Below are positions 19,842 through 29,301 of a DNA stretch of 64,000 bases, piece by piece. A model generated the notes under the pieces. The model had not been told where the DNA came from, ran no database searches, and saw nothing but the letters and a program-made list of their open reading frames with translations. Origin of the DNA: an uncultured Clostridia bacterium (GTDB lineage: Bacteria; Bacillota; Clostridia; TANB77; CAG-508); contig CAKPHG010000003.1 of NCBI GenBank assembly GCA_934157035.1, forward strand, positions 8,489-72,488. The letters run 5' to 3'. Position 1 is the first letter of the stretch; every line of letters starts with the position of its first letter. Both the position numbers and the translations under genes were made by a program.

Positions 19842-21518
19842 CTATTTTACATTTATTTCTTGTTCTACTACATTCCATATAGACTGTTTTTCCATGTCTT
19901 TTTGCCAATATGCTGCTCCTGCTAATTTATATTTGTTCATTAGATCAAATTTTGCCTTTATTGATGTTTCATCTTCAATCCACATTTTATAGTCTATTCC
20001 ATTCTTTTGATACTCTACATAGTATTGTTTTAAATCTTCATTCCATTTTCTTTCTGCTTCTTCTGGAACAACTGAATCCACATATTTCATTGCTACTACA
20101 TTACTTTTTGCTCCTTCTGAAGTTTCTCTCCAAGCTCTTGTATAAAAAGGCATTCCTAAAATAAGTTTTTCTGAACTTACTTCTTCTCTTTCCACAAATT
20201 TTTTAATATTTGCCTCTACCCAATTTGCTCCTGCTGTAGTTCCTGCTGTTGTTGATGATTCTCCATATTGGTCGTAAGCCATAAATATAATATAATCTGC
20301 TACTTTTCCTATTTTATTTCTGTTATAGCATAAAGACCATTCTGCACTTCCATCTGGAGCTGTAACATCTACGGAAAGTACTTTTCCATATTCTTTAAGT
20401 CTAGGAGCAAGTTCAATTATAAATCTAGAAAACATATCTCTATCTGATTCGTTCATGTATTCAAAATCTATATTTATACCATCTAGATCATATTTTATCG
20501 CTATATTTACTATTTGGCTTATTAAATATTCTCTTAGCTTATAGTCATTTAAAATTTCTGATGTAGGTGTTTTATATGAATTATTTGAAACTAATGCCCA
20601 TACTTTATAATTATTATTATGCGCCCATTTTATATATTGTTCTCCAGATTCACCTATGTTTATATTTAATTTTCCTTTTCCCGTTCTTATAATATTTGCC
20701 ATAGTTGGTGAAACAACATTTACACCTTTTATATTAGCTCCGCTTCTATCAGGTGCTGAAGCATATTCTGAATAATAATCCCATACTAGGCTGACTTGTT
20801 CCTTTATTTGTTTTTCTATTTTCATTTCTTCTCTAACAGTATAAATATTAGTTATGTCTTTTGTATATCCTATTACTCCTGCATTTGTTCTTATCTTTGC
20901 CCATCCATTATCTAATTTTGAAATTACTATTACACTATCTGCTTTTTTTACTTTATCAACTGTCTTTGAAAATACAGTTGGTTTATATTTTACCCTTATA
21001 TCTTTTGAAGCATTTGCTTTTTCTTGTTTTCTATCTAATGAATCTATAGTTAATATATTGCTTTCCTTAATATACTTAACTTCTACATTATATACATCAT
21101 TAAGTTCTGAAAAAGGTAAATAAAAGTTTCCATCTTTTTTTGTTGCCATTCCATATATTTTTACTCTACTTCCATTTACACTCATTTCTTTTTCTTGTAA
21201 TTTTAATGTTGCTACTTTTACATCTGAAGTTGTAATAATTTGGTCATACATATTATCGTAATAAATATCTTCATCAAAAAAATTTGCAATGTCTTTTGTT
21301 GACATATATATAACATCATCTTCAATATATATATCATATTTCATACTCTTAGTTACATCATTATTATTTATAATTACATTAATTTTATCTTTTATCTCAT
21401 TTCTAATATAATTAGGTGCTATATTAATTATTAATCCTACGATTGTTATAAAAATAGCTATTATAACTATTTTTAATAATATATTAGATTTTTGCTTTTC
21501 TTCTTTATTTTCTCTCAT
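19842..21518 (-). CDS. membrane-anchored glycoside hydrolase family 18 protein (YaaH/SleL-type) with SH3-like domain
   Basis: GH18 catalytic motif LDGINIDFEYM. N-terminal TM segment and an SH3b-like segment (DNGWAKIRTNAGVIGYT). Start placed at the ATG preceded by GGGGAG. Confidence 0.75.
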   Translation of the reverse strand: MRENKEEKQKSNILLKIVIIAIFITIVGLIINIAPNYIRNEIKDKINVIINNNDVTKSMKYDIYIEDDVIYMSTKDIANFFDEDIYYDNMYDQIITTSDVKVATLKLQEKEMSVNGSRVKIYGMATKKDGNFYLPFSELNDVYNVEVKYIKESNILTIDSLDRKQEKANASKDIRVKYKPTVFSKTVDKVKKADSVIVISKLDNGWAKIRTNAGVIGYTKDITNIYTVREEMKIEKQIKEQVSLVWDYYSEYASAPDRSGANIKGVNVVSPTMANIIRTGKGKLNINIGESGEQYIKWAHNNNYKVWALVSNNSYKTPTSEILNDYKLREYLISQIVNIAIKYDLDGINIDFEYMNESDRDMFSRFIIELAPRLKEYGKVLSVDVTAPDGSAEWSLCYNRNKIGKVADYIIFMAYDQYGESSTTAGTTAGANWVEANIKKFVEREEVSSEKLILGMPFYTRAWRETSEGAKSNVVAMKYVDSVVPEEAERKWNEDLKQYYVEYQKNGIDYKMWIEDETSIKAKFDLMNKYKLAGAAYWQKDMEKQSIWNVVEQEINVK

Positions 21519-21700
21519 ACTTGCTCCCCATTTTTTCTTTTTAATATACACATCTATCTTATATTATCTTTTTCTACTTTTCAAGTTTTTTTTATTTATT
21601 TTTCGATTTATTTTTACTCACTTTAAATTTTAATAATTTGCATAAAATGAAAAAAATAGGAAACGATATAAATATAAAATTTTGAAAGGACTGATATAAA

Positions 21701-21907
21701 ATGGAAAAACATATTAAAGTAACTGGGACTTCTACTATTTCTTGGAAAGATGCTATTATTCAAACAATAGCAGAAGCTTCTAAAACTATTGATTATTTAA
21801 CTGAAGTTAAAATTTTAGAGCAAAGAGCAAAAATAAATGGTAAAAAAATAACTGATTATTACGTTGAGTTAGATTTATCTTTTACTATTGATCGTGATAG
21901 AGATTAA
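21701..21907 (+). CDS. dodecin-like small protein
   Basis: 68 aa; IKVTGTSTISWKDAIIQTIAEASKTI resembles the dodecin family pattern (G.S..SW.DA...A..EASKT). Confidence 0.6.
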   Translation: MEKHIKVTGTSTISWKDAIIQTIAEASKTIDYLTEVKILEQRAKINGKKITDYYVELDLSFTIDRDRD

Positions 21908-21930
21908 AAAGAAAGGAAAGTGATAATTTT

Positions 21931-22374
21931 ATGAATCCTTTAGAGACCCCCGAAAAATATAGTAACTATGTAGACAAAAAATCACCCAATTCACCTATTT
22001 TAAAAAATTGTTTCAATGCTTTTTGGACTGGTGGATTAATTTGTTCCATTGGTCAAATCATTTTTGATTTTTGTAAATTTCAAGGAATGGATGTAACTAC
22101 ATGTAATACTATTGTATCTATTATTTTAATAGGTATTTCAGCTTTTCTAACCAGTTTAAATATTTTTAATAAAATTGGTAAATTCTGTGGTGCTGGCTCT
22201 CTTGTACCAATTACAGGTTTTGCTAATTCAATTGTTTCACCAGCTATTGAATACAAATCAGAAGGCTATGTAATGGGTGTTGGTGGAAAAATGTTTACTG
22301 TAGCAGGTCCTGTACTTGTTTTTGGTATATCTTCTTCTGTTATTATTGGTATTTTAGCAACTTTATTTAGTTAA
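21931..22374 (+). CDS. spoVAC: stage V sporulation protein AC
   Basis: 147-aa membrane protein: NAFWTGGLICSIGQ..., GAGSLVPITGFANS. Followed by spoVAD and spoVAE. Confidence 0.85.
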   Translation: MNPLETPEKYSNYVDKKSPNSPILKNCFNAFWTGGLICSIGQIIFDFCKFQGMDVTTCNTIVSIILIGISAFLTSLNIFNKIGKFCGAGSLVPITGFANSIVSPAIEYKSEGYVMGVGGKMFTVAGPVLVFGISSSVIIGILATLFS

Positions 22375-22392
22375 TTAGAAAGGATGATTTTT

Positions 22393-23398
22393 ATGAATAA
22401 GTTAGGAAAACAAACTCTACATTTTGATAAACCTATTACAGTTGTTGAAGTTGCTTCTATCGTAGGTCCAAAAGAAGCACAAGGTCCACTAGCTAGTTAT
22501 TTTGATAAATGCCTAGATGATGAATTCTGGGGTGAAAAAACATGGGAAAAAGCTGAAAGTAAAATAATAAAAGAAACAGTAAATATGGTAATTGCCAAAT
22601 CTAATATTGCATCTTCAGATATCGATTATTGCTTTGCTGGTGATTTACTTAATCAATGTATTTCTTCTTCTTTTGGTTTAAGGGAAATAAACATTCCGTT
22701 TTTTGGTATTTTTGGTGCATGCTCTACTTTTGTAGAGAGTATGTGTTTAGGAAGCGTTTTTTTAGAAGCAAATGCTGCTAAAAATGTACTTTGCGCTGCA
22801 TCTAGTCATTTTTGTAGTGCTGAAAAACAATTTAGATTTCCTTTAGAATTAGGAAACCAACGACCTCCTACTAGTCAGTGGACAGTTACTGGCTCTGGTG
22901 CAACTATTTTATCTACAAATGGAAATGGCCCTTTTGTTACTCATATTACCCCCGGAAAAATTGTAGACATGGGCATTAAAGATGCAAATAACATGGGAGC
23001 TGCAATGGCACCCGCTGCATTTGATACTTTAATTACCCACTTAGAAGATACTGGTAGAAAACCTAGTTATTATGATGCTATTATTACTGGAGATTTAGGA
23101 CATATTGGAAAACAAATTCTTCAAGATCTATGTAAAACAAAAGGTTATAATATTGACGCAAACTATAATGATTGTGGTGTATTAATTTTTGACAAAGAAA
23201 AACAAGATACTCACAGTGGTGGAAGTGGATGTGCTTGTGTACGGAACTGTATTTTCTGGATACTTTTTTAAACAATTAAGAGATAAAAAAATAAATAAAA
23301 TTTTATTAATTGCAACTGGCGCTTTAACTAATGCCACTACTTCTCAACAAGGAGAATCTATTCCTGGTATTGCTCATGCTATTGCAATAGAAAACTAA
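22393..23398 (+). CDS. spoVAD: stage V sporulation protein AD; frame broken at in-frame CGG 23242 (standard pipelines: frameshifted pseudogene)
   Basis: The N-terminal 286 codons end ...HSGGSGCACV CGG. The +1 frame continues GTVFSGYFFKQLRDKKINKILLIATGALTNATTSQQGESIPGIAHAIAIEN, the conserved SpoVAD C-terminus. Track ORFs 22384..23271 and 23189..23398 are the two halves. Confidence 0.85.
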
Positions 23399-23419
23399 CA
23401 TTTTTAGAAAGGAGTTTTT

Positions 23420-23806
23420 ATGGAATTTATACAAAGTATTGATTTTATGCAATTACTTCGCTGTTTTGTTGTTGGTGGAATTATTTGTATTATAGGTCAA
23501 ATTTTAATAGATAAGACTAAACTTACACCTGCAAGAATTCTTGTTGTTTTTGTTACAACTGGTGCAATTCTTGGTGGGCTTGGTTTATATAAATATATAA
23601 TTGATTTTGCTGGTTGTGGTGCTACTGTTCCTTTAACTGGCTTTGGTGCAAATTTAGCTAAAGGCGCTATTGAAGAAGTTAAAAATAGTGGTCTTCTTGG
23701 AGCTTTTGTAGGTGGTGTTAAAGCATCAAGTGGTGGAATTGCAGCTGCTGTTTTCTTTGGATACATTGCCTCATTAATTGCAAAACCAAAAATGAAAAAA
23801 CAATAA
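23420..23806 (+). CDS. spoVAE: stage V sporulation protein AE
   Basis: 128-aa membrane protein: VVGGIICIIGQILID, PLTGFGANLAKGA. Third gene of the spoVA cluster. Confidence 0.8.
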   Translation: MEFIQSIDFMQLLRCFVVGGIICIIGQILIDKTKLTPARILVVFVTTGAILGGLGLYKYIIDFAGCGATVPLTGFGANLAKGAIEEVKNSGLLGAFVGGVKASSGGIAAAVFFGYIASLIAKPKMKKQ

Positions 23807-23825
23807 CTTATATAGACAACAAACC

Positions 23826-23891
23826 AAAATATTAAGGAACGGACAAGTTTAGTTTAACCAAAAGCTAGACCTATCCGTTCCTTAATATTTT
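23826..23891. terminator. long-stem hairpin between spoVAE and the convergent HAD gene
   Basis: aaaatattaaggaacgga ... tccgttccttaatatttt (18-bp arms, 30-nt loop). Confidence 0.55.
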
Positions 23892-23899
23892 ACTAAAAT

Positions 23900-24490
23900 T
23901 TAAAAAATGTTTTTCTTGATTTTATCATATATATCATACCAACTATAAACTCTTGTTATATTTTCTCCTTTAACATCTTTATTGTATAAGTTATTATAAC
24001 AAAATGTTGGTACTTTACTTGATATATCTACTATATTTATTGGTGAATCTTCTATCATTAGTTCTATGTAATTTCCTACTACATATGGCAGTTTGCTTCC
24101 CTCTGTGTATATTATTTTATTATATGGAATTTCATTTTCTTTTAGCCATCTAGGTACTATTTCATCTCTCATTTTTCCTATATATTCTTTTGGAACGCCA
24201 TAATCATTTCTCGCAGTGATTATATAAATTTCGTGTCCTTCTTCTTTTAATTTTTTTATTACTTCTGAAGCCAAATCTCTTGCTGGATACTTTGTAGCAT
24301 AATATATAATATATTCATTCCAGAATTTTATTCCTTGCTCTTCTGTCCAATTAAAAGTTTTAAATTCATCATATTCTATATTTTCAATATTAAGTGATAT
24401 GTTATTTTCTACACAAAACTTTGATCCATAATCTGCTAAAAATCTTTCCATATCTGTTAGTACGCCGTCAATATCAATTCCTATTCTCAT
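23900..24490 (-). CDS. HAD-superfamily 5'(3')-nucleotidase-like protein
   Basis: MRIGIDIDGVLTD is the HAD motif I (DxDxV/T); 196 aa, size and pattern of the NT5C-type family. Confidence 0.55.
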   Translation of the reverse strand: MRIGIDIDGVLTDMERFLADYGSKFCVENNISLNIENIEYDEFKTFNWTEEQGIKFWNEYIIYYATKYPARDLASEVIKKLKEEGHEIYIITARNDYGVPKEYIGKMRDEIVPRWLKENEIPYNKIIYTEGSKLPYVVGNYIELMIEDSPINIVDISSKVPTFCYNNLYNKDVKGENITRVYSWYDIYDKIKKNIF

Positions 24491-24653
24491 ATTTTTCTCC
24501 TTATGTTATATATTTTTCATATTTATATTATATTTAAATTTTGCTTTAGTCAATAATATAATTAAATAATTTTAAAGGATATATCTATGTTTTTGTTTTA
24601 TGTAAAAGGAGAAAGTGAGTAAGTCCCCAAATGTCCTTTGAGACCAAAAAAAT

Positions 24654-24676
24654 AAAAAGCACATTTTATGCTTTTT
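24654..24676. terminator. terminator downstream of rplT
   Basis: aaaaagca-catttta-tgcttttt. Confidence 0.5.
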
Positions 24677-24693
24677 ACTTTTTATTATTTTTA

Positions 24694-25041
24694 TTATTTA
24701 CTTGCTTTTTTTACTATTTCAGCAAATGCTTTTGGATCGCTAACTGCTAATTCTGCAAGCATTTTTCTGTTTACAACTATGTTGTTCTTTTTCATTCCAG
24801 CTACTAATTTACTATATGTTGTTCCATTCATTCTTGCAGCTGCATTAATTCTTGCTATCCATAATTTTCTAAAGTTTGATTTTTTGTCTTTTCTTCCTAC
24901 ATAAGCATAAGCTCCTGATTTCATAACAGCTTGTTTAGCCATTCTAAATCTATAGTGTTTTGCTCCATAGTAACCTTTTGCTCTTTTTAATATTTTTTTA
25001 TGTTTTTTACGAGTTATTATTGCTGTTTTTACTCTTGCCAT
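24694..25041 (-). CDS. rplT: 50S ribosomal protein L20
   Basis: [26 protein letters not shown]...; 115 aa. Confidence 0.95.
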   Translation of the reverse strand: MARVKTAIITRKKHKKILKRAKGYYGAKHYRFRMAKQAVMKSGAYAYVGRKDKKSNFRKLWIARINAAARMNGTTYSKLVAGMKKNNIVVNRKMLAELAVSDPKAFAEIVKKASK

Positions 25042-25061
25042 TTTATTTCACCTTCCTTTAA

Positions 25062-25265
25062 TTAATTACCGTATGGTAACATTCTTTTAATTCCTGCTTC
25101 ACATGTTTTGTCTGCGTAAGCATCTTGTATTTTTCCTCTTGATTTTGCTCTTGAAGTTTTATTTGCTAAAAGATGTCTTCTATTTGATTTTGTTCTTTTA
25201 ACTTTTCCTGTTGCTGTATAAGAATATCTTTTCTTTGCAGCTTTATTTGTTTTTAACTTTGGCAT
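25062..25265 (-). CDS. rpmI: 50S ribosomal protein L35
   Basis: MPKLKTNKAAKKRY...; 67 aa, between infC and rplT. Confidence 0.95.
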   Translation of the reverse strand: MPKLKTNKAAKKRYSYTATGKVKRTKSNRRHLLANKTSRAKSRGKIQDAYADKTCEAGIKRMLPYGN

Positions 25266-25324
25266 ATAATTTTCCTCCTCTTTGTTTTTACAATTAATTA
25301 TTTATATTAAATTAGCTCTTTAAG

Positions 25325-25840
25325 TTATTTTTCTACTTTTTTTGCTAATATAATAAACATATTTTTACCTTCTAATACTGGTTTCTTTTCTGGAACTGCA
25401 ACATCTGCTAATTCTTCTATGAATTTGTTTAGTGCTATTTCACCTTGTTTTACATAGTTTAATTCTCTTCCACGGAAACGAACTGTAATTTTTACTTTAT
25501 TTCCATCCTCAATGAATTTTTTAGCATTTTTACATTTAAATCCAAAGTCATGTTCTTCAATATTAGGTGTAATTCTTATTTCTTTTACTTCAAATGTTTT
25601 TTGTTTTTTCTTAGCTTCTTTTTCACGTTTTGCTTGTTCAAATTTATATTTTCCATAATTCATTAGTTTACATATTGGTACTTCTGTATTTGGAGAAACT
25701 AATACTAAATCTAATTTTTTTTCATAAGCCATATCTAAAGCTTCATTTAAAGATATTGGGCCTATTTTTTCTCCTTCATTTGTTATAATTTGAACCTCTT
25801 TTGCTCTTATTTGTTCATTAATTGGTAAATCTTGTTTTAT
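25325..25840 (-). CDS. infC: translation initiation factor IF-3, probable non-canonical ATA start
   Basis: INEQIRAKEV...MNYGKYKFEQAKREKEAKKKQK...HDF matches IF-3. The track TTG start lies inside the RBS GGAGGTG. An ATA codon at 25840..25838 sits 6 nt after it. Confidence 0.9.
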   Translation of the reverse strand: MKQDLPINEQIRAKEVQIITNEGEKIGPISLNEALDMAYEKKLDLVLVSPNTEVPICKLMNYGKYKFEQAKREKEAKKKQKTFEVKEIRITPNIEEHDFGFKCKNAKKFIEDGNKVKITVRFRGRELNYVKQGEIALNKFIEELADVAVPEKKPVLEGKNMFIILAKKVEK

Positions 25841-25855
25841 AAAAAACACCTCCAA

Positions 25856-26007
25856 AAATTAATATACATGAAAAAAAGATTGACTTGAAGCCAATCCACT
25901 TTTACATAAATATAACACTAGTTATTCACTAGAAACAAATATTTAGTAACCTTTTTCCACAAAGTTAAGGTGAGAAGTGGATAACTTCTTCTTTTTTCAA
26001 TAGACCT
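25856..26007 (-). promoter_or_regulatory. infC-rpmI-rplT leader, candidate L20-responsive attenuator
   Basis: About 150-nt leader between the promoter and infC. It contains an intrinsic terminator on the minus sense, GATTGGC-TTCAA-GTCAATC plus T7 (25896..25871). This is the position expected for the Firmicute L20 leader. Confidence 0.5.
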
Positions 26008-26036
26008 ATTGTATTACATTTTTATTTTTTTGTCAA
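26008..26036 (-). promoter_or_regulatory. sigma-A type promoter of the infC operon
   Basis: Minus sense TTGACA - 17 nt - TACAAT. Confidence 0.6.
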
Positions 26037-26144
26037 TACTTCTTTTCTATTTTTTCTAATATTGTCTATAAATAAGTAAATTAGACTTTATTAACCTATA
26101 AAAAAGACAAGTATATTATTTTATACTTGCCTTTCTTAGGAATT

Positions 26145-27335
26145 TTATTTTTTGTCTCTTTCACATTTTTTAAGTCTACTATATGTGTAAAGTGAAATAG
26201 GAGCAAATATTATAATCATTCCTACTAATGCCAATTGTATTTTAATATTTCCTAAGTAATTAATAACATATACTAATGGAATGTATAGTAGCCTTGCACC
26301 AGTTGATGCTATAGACATTACACTTGTTTGATTTTCTTCTTTTGTATTTTCTTGTAAAGGTGTAATTAAACTTGCTGAAGCTAATCCTGTAATTAGTCCA
26401 TTTAATACAAATACCCATACTGTATAAATATTTGTATTTATAATTAACACGCTCATCCATAAAAATGTTATAATCGCAGATATAATAAATTTAGTAGATG
26501 TTTTAATATTAATTATTTTCTCAGATAGTTTAGCTCCAAGCACTTTGAATATTTCCGTTAATATCCATCCTACGCTTACTATTTCAATAGGTATACCTAC
26601 CATAATCATTAAAGGAGTAAAAACCCAAATATGTGGATGCGTTATTTCTTTGCCTATTATATAAGAAAGCAAATACGTTCTTGTTTTCTTATCTTTTATT
26701 ATTTCTTTAGCATTAATACACATATCCTTTAACATATTTTTGTTTCTTTTCTCGCTTTTCTTTGCTAAATCCTCTATAAAGAAAGCTAAAAAACCTCCGC
26801 TAATATATGGTAAAAATGACATTCCTACCGCCAATCTTAAACTGTATTTAGATATATATCCACCTATTATCATTACTATGAATGTACAAATATATCTTAA
26901 AGTATATATTCTAGCATTCATTTTTCTAAATAATTTTCCAGTTGGATCTATCTTATCTGCATTGTATTTAATAAAAGATTGGTCTACTCCATTTGTCATT
27001 GCCATAAATATTCCAAGCATGCATTCTGCAAATATCACCATAGCTATATCTTTAGAAAATGCATAATATAGAAATGTTAAGGCTACTCCAATGTCTCCTA
27101 TAATATTCATTTTTTTCTTATCAAACCTATCTGCTAAATATCCCATTGGAATATCTAAACAAACAATTGATATTGTAAACATCATCTGTGTAAATCCAAT
27201 ATCTGTTTGATTCATTCCTATTGAGTTCCAAAAAAGATTTATAATTGGAACAGAAAATCCAGCTCCTATTGATGTAAGTACTGTCTCAATTACCGTTAAG
27301 TTTAAATTTTTCTTATAGTTGTCTACTACTTTCAC
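26145..27335 (-). CDS. MFS transporter
   Basis: About 12 hydrophobic segments, with the GYLADRFDKKK loop typical of the MFS 2-3 loop. Start placed at GTG 27335, preceded by GGAGG at 7 nt. The track ATG 27374 has poor RBS spacing. Confidence 0.7.
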   Translation of the reverse strand: MKVVDNYKKNLNLTVIETVLTSIGAGFSVPIINLFWNSIGMNQTDIGFTQMMFTISIVCLDIPMGYLADRFDKKKMNIIGDIGVALTFLYYAFSKDIAMVIFAECMLGIFMAMTNGVDQSFIKYNADKIDPTGKLFRKMNARIYTLRYICTFIVMIIGGYISKYSLRLAVGMSFLPYISGGFLAFFIEDLAKKSEKRNKNMLKDMCINAKEIIKDKKTRTYLLSYIIGKEITHPHIWVFTPLMIMVGIPIEIVSVGWILTEIFKVLGAKLSEKIINIKTSTKFIISAIITFLWMSVLIINTNIYTVWVFVLNGLITGLASASLITPLQENTKEENQTSVMSIASTGARLLYIPLVYVINYLGNIKIQLALVGMIIIFAPISLYTYSRLKKCERDKK

Positions 27336-27542
27336 AATTTTTCCTCCTTCTTTTTTGAATACAAAAAAACTCATAAAGAAATCTTTTAAGACTCCTTTAT
27401 GAGTTAACTCACAAGTGTACCAAATTTACAATTGGCTGTGTAGCTCATCTATTTTTAGACTATACACACTCTTAATATGTTTTATATTATAACACCTCTT
27501 TCTATTTTTTGCAAGTTTTTTTACTCTTTTTTTCTAAAATTC

Positions 27543-27571
27543 TTGACTTTTCTATTTGTTTGTATTAGAAT
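27543..27571 (+). promoter_or_regulatory. sigma-A type promoter of rplM-rpsI
   Basis: TTGACT - 17 nt - TAGAAT. It is followed by a leader of about 115 nt, the position of the Firmicute L13 leader (structure not verified). Confidence 0.55.
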
Positions 27572-27688
27572 AATATAGCATATTGTGAAATGTAACTTTT
27601 TTAATAAAGAACTTCTCCCCGGTAGTTCAAATATTAAAAAGTTCCATATAAATTAATATTATATAATGAATGGAGGGTATTTATTACC

Positions 27689-28126
27689 ATGAATAATACA
27701 ACACATAGCGTTAAAAAAAGTGAAATTGAAAGAAAATGGTATGTTTTAGATGCTGCTAACAAACCTTTAGGTAGAGTTGCAACTGAAGCTGCTAAATTAT
27801 TAAGAGGAAAACATAAACCAACTTATACACCAAATATGGATGTTGGAGATCATGTTATTATTATCAACTGTAAAGATGCAGTTTTAACAGGAAGAAAATT
27901 AGATCAAAAAGTTTATAGACATCATTCTGGATATATTGGTGGAATGAAAGAAACATCTGCAAGAGTTATGATGGAAAACAAACCAGAAGAAGCAATGATG
28001 CTTGCTGTTAAAGGAATGCTTCCACACAATAGTTTAGGAAGACAAATGGTTAAAAAATTAAGAGTATATGCTGGTAGCGAACATGAAAACATCGCTCAAA
28101 AACCAGAAGTTTGGGAGGTAAAATAA
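27689..28126 (+). CDS. rplM: 50S ribosomal protein L13
   Basis: [33 protein letters not shown]...; 145 aa. Confidence 0.95.
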   Translation: MNNTTHSVKKSEIERKWYVLDAANKPLGRVATEAAKLLRGKHKPTYTPNMDVGDHVIIINCKDAVLTGRKLDQKVYRHHSGYIGGMKETSARVMMENKPEEAMMLAVKGMLPHNSLGRQMVKKLRVYAGSEHENIAQKPEVWEVK

Positions 28127-28127
28127 T

Positions 28128-28535
28128 ATGGCTAAAGCAAAATCAGTAAAAAATGTTTTCTACGGTACTGGTAGAAGAAAAAAATCAATCGCAAGAGTTA
28201 GACTTGTTGAAGGTTCTGGAGTTATAACAATAAACGGAAAAAATATAGATGAATACTTTGGAACAGAAGTTTTAAAACTTATCGTTAGACAACCATTAAC
28301 AGCAACTAATACAAATGCTAAATATGATGTTATTGCTAAAGTTGTTGGTGGTGGATTTACAGGTCAAGCAGGAGCTATTCGTCATGGTATAGCAAGAGCT
28401 TTAAATGAAGCAAATAGCGAATTCAGACCAACTTTAAAATCAAACGGATACTTAACAAGAGATCCACGTATGAAAGAAAGAAAAAAATACGGTCTTAAAA
28501 AAGCTAGAAAAGCTCCACAATTTAGTAAGAGATAA
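28128..28535 (+). CDS. rpsI: 30S ribosomal protein S9
   Basis: [15 protein letters not shown]...[12 protein letters not shown]; 135 aa. Confidence 0.95.
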   Translation: MAKAKSVKNVFYGTGRRKKSIARVRLVEGSGVITINGKNIDEYFGTEVLKLIVRQPLTATNTNAKYDVIAKVVGGGFTGQAGAIRHGIARALNEANSEFRPTLKSNGYLTRDPRMKERKKYGLKKARKAPQFSKR

Positions 28536-28542
28536 AAAATAC

Positions 28543-28571
28543 AAAACTCGGAATATTTAATTCCGAGTTTT
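28543..28571. terminator. rplM-rpsI terminator
   Basis: aaaactcggaat-attta-attccgagtttt followed by a T-run. Confidence 0.7.
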
Positions 28572-28587
28572 TTGTTTTTCTTTTAAA

Positions 28588-29298
28588 TTATTGCATTACT
28601 TCTAATAAATTATTTTTTGTTACTCCATCAAAATTATAATAAGTATTTGGAGTTGTGCCTACTATTACAGCTTCTGCTAGTAATACTTGATTAGTAATTT
28701 TCTCTTCCATTGTATTAAATGGTGTTAATATAATTACATTACACTCTACTTGTAAATAGATTTTATGAACTGTTTGATTTATTCCCGCTGAAATAAATTC
28801 TGACCTTAAGTCTGTATCTAGATTTCCTATTGTAGACAATTTTATTTTTACATTAGGTCCTCTACCAGAAAGAAGTTTACTTCCTGTAAAAGTTCCTAAT
28901 CTTATATTAATTTCGTCATTTTTTGTATTATTTAATTCTTCTTGAATTTTTACAGCTATATCTGATATTATCTCATTTATAGGAATTATATTTGCGCTTA
29001 TCATGGTAATATTTCCAGAATTGTCCTTTGTTACAGTACATAAATCATCATATTTATATTTACTCATTACTATTGTAGCTTGTTCATTAGATATTTTTGT
29101 TGCTATGCTTTTAGCTATATTACAACAATTTTTATCAATTACTGGTGTTATTGATTTTATTATTATACTAAATGTTAACCCAGCAATTAGCATTACTAAC
29201 AAAACTTTAGTTAGTCTATATACTTTTTTATTGTTTTTTCTTCCTTTATTATTAAATTGTGGCAATTTAATTCTTGTTCTAGAATAAATTTTATCCAT
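28588..29298 (-). CDS. yunB: sporulation protein YunB
   Basis: N-terminal TM segment. IRLGTFTGSKLLSGRGPNVKIKL...GINQTVHKIYLQVECNVIILTPF...IVGTTPNTYYN follows the YunB pattern (IPLGQVTGNSLLGNLGPKIPV...GINNA...). Confidence 0.7.
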   Translation of the reverse strand: MDKIYSRTRIKLPQFNNKGRKNNKKVYRLTKVLLVMLIAGLTFSIIIKSITPVIDKNCCNIAKSIATKISNEQATIVMSKYKYDDLCTVTKDNSGNITMISANIIPINEIISDIAVKIQEELNNTKNDEINIRLGTFTGSKLLSGRGPNVKIKLSTIGNLDTDLRSEFISAGINQTVHKIYLQVECNVIILTPFNTMEEKITNQVLLAEAVIVGTTPNTYYNFDGVTKNNLLEVMQ

Positions 29299-29301
29299 TT
29301 T

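Noticed and set aside
21620-21700. Possible forespore (sigma-F/G type) promoter GCATA-N14-GGAAACGATA upstream of the dodecin-spoVA cluster. Possible sigma-E-like CATATGAAT upstream of spoIIID (about 43000) was also considered.
   Set aside because: The matches to the consensus are partial and the spacing is uncertain. They are not reported as features.
23084-23398. ORFs 23189..23398 (+) and 23084..23275 (-) as independent genes.
   Set aside because: The plus ORF is the conserved C-terminus of SpoVAD in the +1 frame. The minus ORF is antisense noise within spoVAD.
25841-25855. TTG start for infC, as given by the ORF track. The same issue applies to veg (GTG 31242), tspO, the DHHW gene and the holin.
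   Set aside because: These start codons lie inside or immediately next to the Shine-Dalgarno sequence itself. The properly spaced downstream start matches homologue N-termini.
26260-26460. Minus-strand 66-aa ORF inside the MFS gene. Small ORFs 36608..36799 and 37536..37757 were considered in the same way.
   Set aside because: They are alternative-frame or antisense ORFs nested in longer, better supported genes.
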